Shown here: positions 48,260 through 58,200 of the stretch, piece after piece
Layout: the number at the start of each line of letters is the position of its first letter
Position numbering within the stretch: position 1 is the stretch's first letter
Origin: an uncultured Actinomycetes bacterium
GTDB taxonomy: Bacteria; Actinomycetota; Actinomycetes; S36-B12; UBA10799
Direction: 5' to 3'
Assembly: GCA_946803585.1 (NCBI GenBank)
Contig: CAMPEQ010000005.1
Span: 10,517-74,516, forward strand
Length of the DNA stretch: 64,000 nt
The notes under the pieces: generated by a model
The model's database searches: none
What the model was told of the DNA's origin: nothing
Seen by the model: only the letters and a program-made list of their open reading frames with translations
Position numbers and translations under genes: made by a program

Positions 48260-48443
48260 GTGATGCTCCGTGTCCGGCCGTCACGGTGCGCGGAAGCGAC
48301 CTAACTACGCTCGTCGCCACGCCCGTTTCGGGCCTATCGTCGGCACCGGGTGTCGCCATCGGATGGCGGCACTCGGCGCGAAAGCCTGGGTTGTCCTACA
48401 CGCTGCAGTTACGCAACGTGCCGACGAGTGACCAAGCGGCGCC

Positions 48444-49250
48444 TTAAGACTGTGACGCGGTCGTGCTTGTGTCCAAGCTCTTCTGGTCGGACCCAGCGCG
48501 ATCGGGCGCCAGTGGGTCGCTGACCGTCCGAGCGTCCGCGGCAAGCTGCCCCTGTGCCAGCCGAGTTACCTGAACAGGTACCGGCGGCACGAGGTCGGCC
48601 ACTTGCCGCAAGGCGGCTAGGACATCGTCGGGTCGAACAGACGGGGTTCCGTGCTGTGCGACCACAGTGAGTATCGCACACTGTGGGGCTTGCGCGGGGT
48701 TCAATGAGACCTCGACTTTGCGCAATGGGCCGCGAGCGTCGAACTTCTTGATCCCGCTCTTGGTCTTTCGGTCGACTTCCACAACCTCTTGCGCCAGGAA
48801 TTTGTCGATCGCCGACTGCAGCGTTTCTTGCGATACCTCCGGGAAAACGAACTGCCAGACACTGCCCTGGAGTCGGCTCACCAGATCCCCGGATTCATCC
48901 GGGTCTCCTGCAAGTACCGCATCGACGATATCGAGCCCGGGCGGCATGGCGGAATCGAGTTCAGCACGAAGCTCAGCGACATCTCGCGGTGCAGCTAGGC
49001 CGATCTCGATGTACTCCGCCTCGCTGGCCACCCCAGTCGGGGCCGCGTTGGCGTAGGAGATCTTTGGATGTGGGCGGAACCCCGCCGAGTAGGCCATCGG
49101 CACGCCAGCCCGTCGTAGCGCACGTTCAAAAGCTCGCTGAAAGTCCCGGTGGCTAGAGAATCGCAGACGGCCGCGCTTGGCGTATTGAATCCGCACCTTG
49201 GCAACCGGCGCGATGTACTCCCGGCCCGGATCGCGCGATTGGCGAGCCAC
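48444..49250 (-). CDS. Radical SAM-linked protein (DUF2344 / TIGR03936-like)
   Basis: 268 aa reading VRIQYAKRGRLRFSSHRDFQRAFERALRRAGVPMAYSAGFRPHPKISY, typical of this family. Its GTG start overlaps the upstream TAG by 1 nt (TAGTG). Confidence 0.8.
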   Translation of the reverse strand: MARQSRDPGREYIAPVAKVRIQYAKRGRLRFSSHRDFQRAFERALRRAGVPMAYSAGFRPHPKISYANAAPTGVASEAEYIEIGLAAPRDVAELRAELDSAMPPGLDIVDAVLAGDPDESGDLVSRLQGSVWQFVFPEVSQETLQSAIDKFLAQEVVEVDRKTKSGIKKFDARGPLRKVEVSLNPAQAPQCAILTVVAQHGTPSVRPDDVLAALRQVADLVPPVPVQVTRLAQGQLAADARTVSDPLAPDRAGSDQKSLDTSTTASQS

Positions 49251-51220
49251 TAGTTCACTACCGTCAGTGGTAAGAGTTGACGCCCTGTGGGGCCGATCTG
49301 GATCTCAGTTCCGAGTTGATCGCATACTCCGCAATCGAAGCACGGCGTCCATCGACAATCATCGACCTCGTTCTCGTCGAGCGCCTCCAGCCAGTCCTCC
49401 CACAACCAGTCGCGATCCAGACCAGAATCCAGGTGATCCCAGGCAAGAACCTCCGACTCCTCACGTTCCCGAGTCGTGTACCAATCAACGTCAATAGGCA
49501 GATCTGCAAAGGCCTTGTCTGCTGCCGACATCCAACGATCGAATGAGAAGTGCTCGCTCCATCCGTCGAACCGAGCACCATCGCGCCACACCTGTTCAAT
49601 CAGTAGTCCGGTGCGGCGATCCCCTCTTGAGAGCAGACCTTCAACGATCCCAGGACGCCCATCGTGGTAACGGAATCCGATCGCTTTGCCGACCTCCTTA
49701 TCGTTACGAATCGCGTTGCGTAACTTCAGCAGCCGAGCGTCAGTTTCCTCCCACCCAAGCTGTGCGGCCCACTGAAACGGCGTGTGCGGCTTCGGCACAA
49801 AGCCTCCGATCGAGACCGTGCACCTGATATCGCGGCGTCCACTCGCTTCCCGGCCGGAGCGAATAACTTCCCGCGCCAGCTCAGCAATCTCGAGAACATC
49901 CTCATCAGTCTCAGTTGGAAGACCGCACATGAAGTAGAGCTTCACCTGGCGCCAGCCTGCGCCGTAGGCAGCAGTAACCGTGCGAATCAGATCCTCTTTG
50001 CTAACGGTCTTGTTAATCACCCGACGAATTCGTTCACTGCCGCCCTCGGGAGCGAACGTCAATCCGGAGCGGCGTCCATTTCGCGTCAGCTCGTTGGCGA
50101 GGGTGACGTTGAAGGCATCGACCCGCGTCGACGGTAGCGACAACGACGTGTTGGTCCCCTCGTACCGATCAGCAAGCTGCTTGGCCATCGGGCCGATCTC
50201 GGAGTGGTCCGCGCTAGAAAGGCTCAGCAAGCCGACTTCATCGAATCCGGTCTTCTCTAGGCCAGAAGCGATCATCTGTCCGACCGTGTCCACCGAACGT
50301 TCTCGAACCGGGCGAGTGATCATTCCTGCCTGGCAGAACCGGCAGCCGCGGGTACATCCCCGGAAGATCTCGACCGATGAGCGCTCGTGAACCGTCTCAG
50401 CCAGTGGGACCAGGGGTGCCTTGGGATAGGGCCATTCGTCGAGATCCATGACCGTTCGCTTTGCCACTCGCCAAGGCGCATCGCCCTGCGAGTTGGGTGC
50501 GACCCGGTGAATCCGACCGTCTGGCAGGTACTCAACGTCGTAGAAGGACGGGACGTAGACCCCCTCGATCGCGGCCAGCCGGACTAGGAGCTCTTTGCGA
50601 CCGTCCGGGGCGCCCTCTGCCTTCCAACCGGCGATGCAATCGGTAATGTCCAGTGCGGCTTGCTCGCCGTCGCCCAGCACTGCCGCATCAACGAAGCGTG
50701 CAACGGGCTCGGGATTGAAGGCGGCGTGACCGCCGGCAATAACGATCGGGGACTCGTCGTCTCGATCCTGCGCCAAGATGGGAATCCCGGCAAGATCGAG
50801 TGCGGTCAACATATTGGTGTATCCAAGCTCCGTGGAGAAGGACAGGCCAAAGACATCGAAGTCACCAACTGCCCGGTGCGCATCGACTGTGAACTGCGGA
50901 ACCTGGTTGTCCCGCATCAACTCCTCGAGGTCCGGCCACACGGAGTAGGTTCGCTCCGCGAGAGCATCGCTACGCTCATTAATGACCTCGTACAGGATCT
51001 GGACACCTTGGTTAGGTAGCCCTACCTCATAGGCATCCGGGTACATCAGCGCCCAGCGAACGTCGGCGGACTCCCAGTCCTTAACGACAGAGTTCAGCTC
51101 ACCGCCGACATACTGCACAGGCTTGCTGACGAACGGCAGTAGACGCTCGAGCTGATCGAATACGGTTCTTCCTTCATAGCGCACATCAGCCAGGGTACGT
51201 GGCTTCTCGCGCTCACCCAA
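49250..51220 (-). CDS. B12-binding-domain radical SAM protein (TIGR03960-like), function unknown
   Basis: CxxxCxxC motif FRGCTRGCRFCQAG. The longest ORF (TTG 51271) overlaps the rodA end, so the start is more likely TTG 51220 or GTG 51184. Confidence 0.85.
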   Translation of the reverse strand: MGEREKPRTLADVRYEGRTVFDQLERLLPFVSKPVQYVGGELNSVVKDWESADVRWALMYPDAYEVGLPNQGVQILYEVINERSDALAERTYSVWPDLEELMRDNQVPQFTVDAHRAVGDFDVFGLSFSTELGYTNMLTALDLAGIPILAQDRDDESPIVIAGGHAAFNPEPVARFVDAAVLGDGEQAALDITDCIAGWKAEGAPDGRKELLVRLAAIEGVYVPSFYDVEYLPDGRIHRVAPNSQGDAPWRVAKRTVMDLDEWPYPKAPLVPLAETVHERSSVEIFRGCTRGCRFCQAGMITRPVRERSVDTVGQMIASGLEKTGFDEVGLLSLSSADHSEIGPMAKQLADRYEGTNTSLSLPSTRVDAFNVTLANELTRNGRRSGLTFAPEGGSERIRRVINKTVSKEDLIRTVTAAYGAGWRQVKLYFMCGLPTETDEDVLEIAELAREVIRSGREASGRRDIRCTVSIGGFVPKPHTPFQWAAQLGWEETDARLLKLRNAIRNDKEVGKAIGFRYHDGRPGIVEGLLSRGDRRTGLLIEQVWRDGARFDGWSEHFSFDRWMSAADKAFADLPIDVDWYTTREREESEVLAWDHLDSGLDRDWLWEDWLEALDENEVDDCRWTPCFDCGVCDQLGTEIQIGPTGRQLLPLTVVN

Positions 51221-51230
51221 GGGCCACTGT

Positions 51231-52520
51231 TTACTCGCGAGATCGCAAGTGGACGGACTGCAGTAGTCCAATCCCTATCCAGGCTGCGAACATAGAGGTC
51301 CCGCCATAGGAAACGAACGGCAGTGGGACTCCGGTAACAGGCATGATTCCCAGGTTCATTCCGATGTTCTCGAAGGCCTGGAAGCCGAACCAACACACGA
51401 CACCGGTAGCCACCAATCGACCGAACGGGTCTCGAGCCATCCGGGCGATCTGTAGTCCTCGCCAAATGACTACCGCAATGAGACCAATGACAACCGTTGC
51501 CCCAATCAGCCCGAACTCCTCCCCCACGACAGAGAACACGAAGTCGGTCTGCTGATAGGGAACGAAGGCTCCCTGCGTTTGGTCGCCGTTGAGGAAGCCT
51601 TGCCCAAACAGTCCGCCTCCACCAATCGCGATCCGCGCCTGAGAGGTGTTGTATCCAATGCCCTGCAGGTCACGACTGGGATCAGTAAAGGCCAGCAATC
51701 GGTCAATCTGATACTGATCGAGTACACCCAGTGCAATGGCTAACAGGCCACCAAGCACGGCCGCCGCGAGGAGCCCGATAACCCACCGGGACCGCGCATT
51801 GGAAATGACGATGATCCCGATGATGATCGTGCCAATTACCAACACCGTGCCAAGGTCAGGCTGCAGCATGATGAGGGCAACCGGTCCCGCAGCCCACACG
51901 AGGGAGCGCCGCACGTCAGCCTCCATCGGCCGATCTCGTCCCACACCACGTTCGGACAGGATCATCGCCATCGCCAAGATGACAACGATCTTGGCGAACT
52001 CGCTCGGCTGCACCGTGAATCCCGCGGGTAGTGAGATCCAGGCATTCGCACCGTTAATCGTCGTGCCGAACGGTGAGAGCACAACAAGTAGGAGGGTGAT
52101 CACCACCCCATATGCAATCGGCGTGTAAGCCCGCAGGGTTCGGTAGTCGACTCGCAAGACGACCCAGCCGAGCGAGATTCCGATGACGAGGTTCAACAGG
52201 TGCTTAATCAGGAAGCTGTTGGGATCATCGTCTGCCGCGAGCAGTCGACCTCTGGTCGCGGAGAACACGAGCAGCGCTCCGATAAGCGACAGGCTCAGCG
52301 CTGTGCCCAGCAGGACGACATCGAGCTTTCGCAGACTTGTGACGTTATTGCGAACAGCACCTGCGATCCGCTCGCCTCGACCTGTACTCGCTGGGCGCCG
52401 TTCTACGACCTGAGCCTTGGGCGGTGTTGGTGGCTGCTGAGTCGGATCGGTTGGTCGGCTTCCGTCTCGGAGGTCGATCGTCGGCCGGGAGATGCCTGCC
52501 TTTGGTGGGTTAGCCGTCAT
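51231..52520 (-). CDS. rodA: SEDS peptidoglycan glycosyltransferase RodA
   Basis: FtsW/RodA/SpoVE polytopic pattern (PSEFAKIVVIL). 4-nt overlap with pbp2 and position within the mre cluster. Confidence 0.9.
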   Translation of the reverse strand: MTANPPKAGISRPTIDLRDGSRPTDPTQQPPTPPKAQVVERRPASTGRGERIAGAVRNNVTSLRKLDVVLLGTALSLSLIGALLVFSATRGRLLAADDDPNSFLIKHLLNLVIGISLGWVVLRVDYRTLRAYTPIAYGVVITLLLVVLSPFGTTINGANAWISLPAGFTVQPSEFAKIVVILAMAMILSERGVGRDRPMEADVRRSLVWAAGPVALIMLQPDLGTVLVIGTIIIGIIVISNARSRWVIGLLAAAVLGGLLAIALGVLDQYQIDRLLAFTDPSRDLQGIGYNTSQARIAIGGGGLFGQGFLNGDQTQGAFVPYQQTDFVFSVVGEEFGLIGATVVIGLIAVVIWRGLQIARMARDPFGRLVATGVVCWFGFQAFENIGMNLGIMPVTGVPLPFVSYGGTSMFAAWIGIGLLQSVHLRSRE

Positions 52521-54889
52521 TGAACGCGACCTGCCGATCGACTCGGCGCGATCCCAAGCGGGGTCTCAATTGACTGTGAGGAGTTAGGAACAGGTGATTC
52601 GCCGCCCGATACCGACGGGACTGGACCGGGCGTCTTGGCTGTCTTTGGCGCGACCGCAACCTCGGCATCGGTGGCGCTGGGATCGGGGTTTGAGTTAGCT
52701 CCGAGGCCGTCACTGCTCACTGTTGGCAGCGCATCGGTAGGTTCCCCTCCCACCAGGACGCTCTTATTCGGGTTCACCTTGTCACCCGTCACACCGAAGA
52801 TCGCCTCGTAAATCGCTCGTACGCTGGGACCACAGGTTTCCGATCCCGTGCCTCCTTGGGACACCATGCAAGTGATGGCGTACCGAGGAGCATCAGCAGG
52901 AGCAAAGGACGATACCCACGCGGTGGAGGTCTTTCCGACAACCTCGGCCGTTCCGGTCTTGGCCGCAACCCCGCCAACCTCGGTGAGCGGGAATCCCTCG
53001 AAAACACCGCGGGTCGTACCACTCTCGCTGGTCGTTGTGAGGGCTTCGCGCAAGTACTCGAGCGTGGCATCTGAGGCATCAACTTGCCCGTTACTCACCG
53101 GCGCGAACTCTTCGCGGACCTCGCCGTCTCGGCTGATCGCGGCTTTTGCGAACTGCGGCTCCCAGAGAGTTCCCCCGTTTGCGATCGCGGCGTATGCCGC
53201 ATTGATCTGCAGCGGGGTGGCGACCGTGTCACCCTGACCGATTGAGAAGTTCAACGCATCCCCGGCACGGTACTTATCGCCCTCGGCACAGTAGTCGGAT
53301 GCGTAGGACTTCAGCAGCGCCGCGCGGTCAGCGTCTTTTAGCTCTGGATACCCCTGCTCAGCGCGGCGGCAGAAGTCGGCTCGGCGCTCGGCGTAGTCGG
53401 CGATCTTCGTCTCTCGACCGACGACTCGACCTGCCGATTCACCGGGAATATCGACTCCAGTTGGTTGACCCAGGCCGAAGCTGCGGGCCTGCTGGTAGAT
53501 GGCCTCTTGCGGATCGCTGGTGGGGTTGAGGCCGCCGTCGGCTTCCCACATCTCGTGGGCCAGCCGGTAGAAGACGGTGTCGCACGAGACTGCTAACGCC
53601 CGGGCGAAGTCCACCGATCCGTACGACTTGGACTCGTAGTTCCGGAATGCCTGACCGTTTACCGAGTAGGACGAGGGACACGGGTACTTGCTATTGGGAT
53701 CGTAGCCAGCCTTAATCGCAGCTGCAGCAGACACGATTTTGAAAGTCGAGGCTGGCGCGTAGGTGCCCTGTGTTGCTCGATTCAGTAGCGGATTTCCTTG
53801 CTTCTCATCGGTGAGTTCGGTGTAGTCCGCATCATCGATCCCACCTACCCAGACCTCTGGGTCATAGCTTGGGGCCGAGGCCATCGCGAGGACTTGCCCA
53901 TTGGTGACATCTGTGACGACGATGGTCCCCGAGTCCGCCGGCTTGCCCTGCTCGCGCCCACGCTCGAGGGCGGCAATGAGTTGGCGCTCAACAACGGCCT
54001 GCAACTTGGCATCAACGCTAGTCACTAGGTTGTCGCCGGGGATCGCCGCCTCATCGCGCAAGGTGTCGGTGACCGCACCTGAACGGCTGACCGCAACCTG
54101 CTGAACACCTGCCCTACCCATCAGCACTTCGTTGTATTGCTGTTCGAGCCCGGCTCGTCCGACTGCTGAGGAGGCCATGACTTTGTCTTCCTCCGCAAGC
54201 TCGGCGACTTCTTCTGAAGTCATCGCGCCGAGATAGCCAGCGGCATGGGCAAAGTTCGCACCATAGGGAGCCGGATAGGAACGAGTCGGCATGAGCTCAG
54301 TCCGGACCGCCTTGAAATCGCCCTCCGCCTCCATCAACTGCAAACCGACATCCTGCGGCACATCCTCGGCAACGATTGCAGGCTGCTCGTTTGGCCCGTT
54401 CCAGCACAAGGGCTGTTTAGGGGCCCCCGGTGTACCGCAGGACTTCAGTCGAGCAGCGAGTGCCTCCGAGGATGTGCCCAGCTTGGCCGCAAGTTGGGTG
54501 AGGACCTCGGCGCCATCGTCTGGCTGACGGGCAAGTTCCGCACGATCGATTGTTACCGACAGGGTGGAGCGGTTCGCCACCAACGGACGACCCTGCTGGT
54601 CGAGGATCAAACCACGCTGAGCCGGAACAACCACCTCGCGAACGCTATTCGCGGTAGCGGCGGTGCGGTACTGGCCACTATCGCCAACTTGCATCCACGC
54701 GACGCGTAAAAACAACGTCGCGATCAACGACAGGAATAGCACTTGCAACACAATCAGGCGTGCGTCACGACGGCGAACCGCCGCGATCGCACCTTCGCGC
54801 GCCCTCGTCCGCTGAGGTTTCGGGCGGTCGTCTTCGCTACGCAATGGTCCGCTAAACCGGTGCCGTAGCTCGTCCCAGTCAAAGTTCAT
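52517..54889 (-). CDS. mrdA: Penicillin-binding protein 2 (class B transpeptidase) with a P/S-rich C-terminal tail
   Basis: Motifs STFK (ASTFKIVSAAAA), SCD (AVSCDTVF) and KTGT (AAKTGTAEV). N-terminal TM. Confidence 0.9.
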   Translation of the reverse strand: MNFDWDELRHRFSGPLRSEDDRPKPQRTRAREGAIAAVRRRDARLIVLQVLFLSLIATLFLRVAWMQVGDSGQYRTAATANSVREVVVPAQRGLILDQQGRPLVANRSTLSVTIDRAELARQPDDGAEVLTQLAAKLGTSSEALAARLKSCGTPGAPKQPLCWNGPNEQPAIVAEDVPQDVGLQLMEAEGDFKAVRTELMPTRSYPAPYGANFAHAAGYLGAMTSEEVAELAEEDKVMASSAVGRAGLEQQYNEVLMGRAGVQQVAVSRSGAVTDTLRDEAAIPGDNLVTSVDAKLQAVVERQLIAALERGREQGKPADSGTIVVTDVTNGQVLAMASAPSYDPEVWVGGIDDADYTELTDEKQGNPLLNRATQGTYAPASTFKIVSAAAAIKAGYDPNSKYPCPSSYSVNGQAFRNYESKSYGSVDFARALAVSCDTVFYRLAHEMWEADGGLNPTSDPQEAIYQQARSFGLGQPTGVDIPGESAGRVVGRETKIADYAERRADFCRRAEQGYPELKDADRAALLKSYASDYCAEGDKYRAGDALNFSIGQGDTVATPLQINAAYAAIANGGTLWEPQFAKAAISRDGEVREEFAPVSNGQVDASDATLEYLREALTTTSESGTTRGVFEGFPLTEVGGVAAKTGTAEVVGKTSTAWVSSFAPADAPRYAITCMVSQGGTGSETCGPSVRAIYEAIFGVTGDKVNPNKSVLVGGEPTDALPTVSSDGLGANSNPDPSATDAEVAVAPKTAKTPGPVPSVSGGESPVPNSSQSIETPLGIAPSRSAGRVQ

Positions 54890-55407
54890 GCGAGCCGCCG
54901 ATCATCTGCCGCACCGCGGTACAACGTCCCCACTACGGGGATGAGCACCAGGGATAGCAGGACTGCGTAAAGCAACTGGGTGACGACCAATAGCGGCACA
55001 ATCGACCAGGTCACCTCCGGAGTACCGATAACACTTGCCAGCATCGCCTGGGCAATCACCGCACCCGCGCTCAATCCGGCGACCGTGCCAACCGACTGCA
55101 CATCAGGTCGACCGGGTTTGAGTTCAACGAAGCCAGCGAGGAACCCAGCGATCGCATAAATGGCGGCGGTCTGCCCCAGCGATCCAGCAGATGGCGGCGC
55201 AAGGTCAACTAGCACCCCCGCAGAGAAGCCAATGATCGCCCCCGCGCCCGGCCCCGCGCACATCGCGAACACGAGCACCACCACCAACAGCACTGCCGGT
55301 GTCGCACCGGGCAATCCCAGACGAGCAAACAACGATGCCTGCAGGACAACGGCACTCAGTAATGCCGCCACTACGAGCAACACACGCGAGGTGTTCATGT
55401 TCATCAT
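54886..55407 (-). CDS. mreD: Rod shape-determining protein MreD
   Basis: 173-aa polytopic ORF between mreC and pbp2. Confidence 0.8.
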   Translation of the reverse strand: MMNMNTSRVLLVVAALLSAVVLQASLFARLGLPGATPAVLLVVVLVFAMCAGPGAGAIIGFSAGVLVDLAPPSAGSLGQTAAIYAIAGFLAGFVELKPGRPDVQSVGTVAGLSAGAVIAQAMLASVIGTPEVTWSIVPLLVVTQLLYAVLLSLVLIPVVGTLYRGAADDRRLA

Positions 55408-55410
55408 TGG

Positions 55411-56313
55411 CTATTGCCCCGCAGACGGGGATGCGCTCGGCGATGCCGAAGAAGTCAAGGCACCGGGTGCGATCGCGTCGCGCGTCTGGGTCCGGGGTGC
55501 GGTCACGACTACCCCAACCACATCGAGGGCACCCATCCGAGCAGCTGGCTCGATGATGGCGACCCGGTCGGCCTGACCTGGTTCGCCTCGAAGTCCGACG
55601 ACTGTGCCAAGGGGTAGCCCGGCAACGTACGGTCGCCCATCCGGAGAGCCGAAGGTCACGAGCTGGTCGCCCTCGGCAACTGGCGCTGTGGGGTCCAGGA
55701 GTCGCAGAATGCTCTCTGTGGGTATTCCGGTTCCTTCTAAGGCCCCAGCATCACCAGATGACACCAAACGCGCACCGATAACCGAATCATCGTCAGTTGC
55801 TAATTGGACAGTCGCAGTTGCTGGGCCGACGCTGATTACTTTTCCGACGAGTCCCTGCCCATTCATCACGCTCATATCGGTCGAGATACCGTCGCCACTT
55901 CCGGCGTCGATCGTCACGGTGCCATTGAACGTCTGAGCTGTCCCGTAGGCGACGACTCGGGCTGGCAGGACGGAGTAGCCCCCGACCCCGGCAGTTTTGA
56001 GCATCGCCTCGAGCTCAGTCGCAGCTCGGATCACATCGGACTGGGCTGCGGCACTTCCACCCGCCTCGCCAAGTTGCTCGGAGGCGACCGCGGTGCGCTC
56101 ATCAGCGTTGCCAAAGCTTGTAGCCGACTGAGCCATGCTGACGAATGGTGCGCTCACCGAAGCAACCGCTGTCTCGACCGGGCCGACCACTGCGCTGACC
56201 AGTCCACGCAGTCCCCCGACTGCGCTACTGCCGCGGACATCGAGCAAGATGAGCGTGATCGAGACAAGCAGAAGCACGCCGAGTACTGCTCGCGCCCTCG
56301 TTGCCTCACGCAT
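55411..56313 (-). CDS. mreC: Rod shape-determining protein MreC
   Basis: N-terminal TM, a coiled region, then two beta-barrel-like repeats (GQGLVGKVISVGPATATVQL). Confidence 0.85.
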   Translation of the reverse strand: MREATRARAVLGVLLLVSITLILLDVRGSSAVGGLRGLVSAVVGPVETAVASVSAPFVSMAQSATSFGNADERTAVASEQLGEAGGSAAAQSDVIRAATELEAMLKTAGVGGYSVLPARVVAYGTAQTFNGTVTIDAGSGDGISTDMSVMNGQGLVGKVISVGPATATVQLATDDDSVIGARLVSSGDAGALEGTGIPTESILRLLDPTAPVAEGDQLVTFGSPDGRPYVAGLPLGTVVGLRGEPGQADRVAIIEPAARMGALDVVGVVVTAPRTQTRDAIAPGALTSSASPSASPSAGQ

Positions 56314-56406
56314 CTAGCCGCCCCTCCTGGCCGTTCTCATCTCCCCATCGGCGCTCACTTTGCCGACTTACTGCCCACCTATCGCAAAATGCTTGTACCG
56401 CACTTA

Positions 56407-57669
56407 CTAATAGCGCGACTCTGCTAGTAGAACCGGCTTAAGCGCCTCGAAGTCCTCGACACACCGACCTGTTCCCAATGCCACACATCCAGCAGGGTCT
56501 TGCGCGACCTGTACTGGCATTCCCGTCTCGTGCCGTAGCCGCTCGTCGAGTCCGGTCAGCAGTGCCCCGCCCCCAGTTAGCGCGATCCCGGAATCCATCA
56601 CGTCGCCAGCTAACTCCGGCGGCGTGCGATCCAGAGTCGTTCGGACAGCGTCCACGATCGCGGTGACCGGATCGTGCAGCGCGCGCCGAATCTCCTCAGA
56701 GGTGAGCACCACTGTCCGAGGAAGTCCGCTAATGAGGTCACGGCCGCGAACCTGCGCCTGCGGCTCGTTTCGGGTCGGGAAGGCAGACCCGAGTCGGATC
56801 TTGATGTCCTCGGCAGTGCGCTCCCCGAGCAACAACGAGTATTCCTTCTTGACGTGGTGAACGATCGCGTCGTCGAGCTGATCTCCACCCACCCGCGCGG
56901 AGATGCTGGTGACGATTCCCCCGAGGCTGATTACCGCAACCTCGGTCGTCCCCCCACCGATGTCAACAACCATCGAGCCCTCGGCATCGTGTACCGGTAG
57001 ACCCGCTCCGATCGCGGCCGCCATCGGCTCCTCAATCACGAACACCCGCCTGGCTCCCGCAGCGTAGCCAGCATCTTTGACTGCTCGCTGTTCAACGGCG
57101 GTGATTCCGCTGGGCACACAGATGACGAGCCGTGGTTTAGCCAACGTACGTCGGCCGTGCACTTTCTGGATGAAGTAGCGCAGCATTCGTTCGGTCGTCT
57201 CGAAATCGGAGACAACACCGTTCTTCAATGGCCGGATTGCGACGATGCCATCCGGGGTGCGGCCCAGCATCTGCTTCGCAGCTGTTCCGACCGCAACGAT
57301 CGCTCCAGTGCGTTGATCAAGGGCGACCACACTCGGCTCGTCCAGGACCACACCACGGCCCTTGATGTACACGAGCGTATTTGCGGTCCCGAGATCAACG
57401 GCCATATCTCGACCAAGTGCCGCCAACGCACCGGAGATCGACCACTTGCTCTCAGCAGGTTGACTGACGGGAACCGCTTGCTCTTCTCGGCGTCGAGCGC
57501 GAGAAGACCGCGGTGGGTTTCGACGCCCAGAACGACCTTCCGGCTCGCCCTGCTGCTCGTGGGAACCTGCCTCGTCGCGCGCAGACCCCACAACGGAGAC
57601 ACGGTCGATAGAGACGTCAGTCTCCGACCGGTCCGAAGCCGACGAATCGGCGGGCCTAGGTGGCGTCAT
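56407..57669 (-). CDS. mreB: Actin-like MreB, possibly with a ~75-aa disordered N-terminal extension
   Basis: Core motifs DLGTANTLVY and DIGGGTTEVAV. The longest ORF (to 57795) overlaps ndk, so ATG 57669 is the first start downstream of the ndk stop. Shorter GTG starts cannot be excluded. Confidence 0.9.
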   Translation of the reverse strand: MTPPRPADSSASDRSETDVSIDRVSVVGSARDEAGSHEQQGEPEGRSGRRNPPRSSRARRREEQAVPVSQPAESKWSISGALAALGRDMAVDLGTANTLVYIKGRGVVLDEPSVVALDQRTGAIVAVGTAAKQMLGRTPDGIVAIRPLKNGVVSDFETTERMLRYFIQKVHGRRTLAKPRLVICVPSGITAVEQRAVKDAGYAAGARRVFVIEEPMAAAIGAGLPVHDAEGSMVVDIGGGTTEVAVISLGGIVTSISARVGGDQLDDAIVHHVKKEYSLLLGERTAEDIKIRLGSAFPTRNEPQAQVRGRDLISGLPRTVVLTSEEIRRALHDPVTAIVDAVRTTLDRTPPELAGDVMDSGIALTGGGALLTGLDERLRHETGMPVQVAQDPAGCVALGTGRCVEDFEALKPVLLAESRY

Positions 57670-57730
57670 GGCGCGGACGCTTACCTTCCAATTGAGTGCA
57701 GGGTGGGAAGGAGACGAGCTTACGTCGAAG

Positions 57731-58141
57731 TTAGCCCAATTCTGGGAAGAACAGGCCGATCTCTCTGTCCGCAGATTCGGACGAATCGGAACCATGTGTG
57801 ACGTTGTGGCTCATTTCGGTCGCGAAATCGCCGCGAACGGTGCCTGGTTCGGCCACCTTCGGATCGGTCGCACCCATCATCGTGCGCCAAGCGCCGACGA
57901 CACCTGGGCCCTCGACAACCGCTGCAACGAGTGGACCTGAGGTGATGAACTCGACGAGGTCGTCAAAGAACGGCTTACCCCGGTGCTCCCCGTAGTGCTC
58001 GCCAGCTAGCTCTGCGCTAATCGTGCGCTGATCCATGGCCACGATCCGGTAGCCGCGCTGCTCGAGGCGGGTGAGTACCTGCCCGGTGAGACCCCGTGCA
58101 ACGCCGTCTGGCTTGACCAAAATCAGGGTTCGTTCGCTCAT
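57731..58141 (-). CDS. ndk: Nucleoside diphosphate kinase
   Basis: 136 aa from ATG 58141 (MSERTLILVKPDGV), with the active-site motif NVTHGSDS. Confidence 0.95.
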   Translation of the reverse strand: MSERTLILVKPDGVARGLTGQVLTRLEQRGYRIVAMDQRTISAELAGEHYGEHRGKPFFDDLVEFITSGPLVAAVVEGPGVVGAWRTMMGATDPKVAEPGTVRGDFATEMSHNVTHGSDSSESADREIGLFFPELG

Positions 58142-58200
58142 TCGTACTTCTCCTCGAGAATCGGGTGGTGCGGTGATTAATGGTGAGCTGAGTGTGGCGA

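Noticed and set aside
47515-48263. Alternative-frame and antisense ORFs (193 aa and 223 aa) inside the rne 5' coding region
   Set aside because: They arise from the repetitive D/S/R-coding DNA. The rne frame is continuous with the S1/catalytic core downstream, so these are not independent genes.
56407-57795. Full 462-aa ORF as the mreB gene
   Set aside because: Its first 42 codons overlap the 3' end of ndk on the same strand. The N-terminus has no MreB-like sequence, so the start was moved to ATG 57669 at most.
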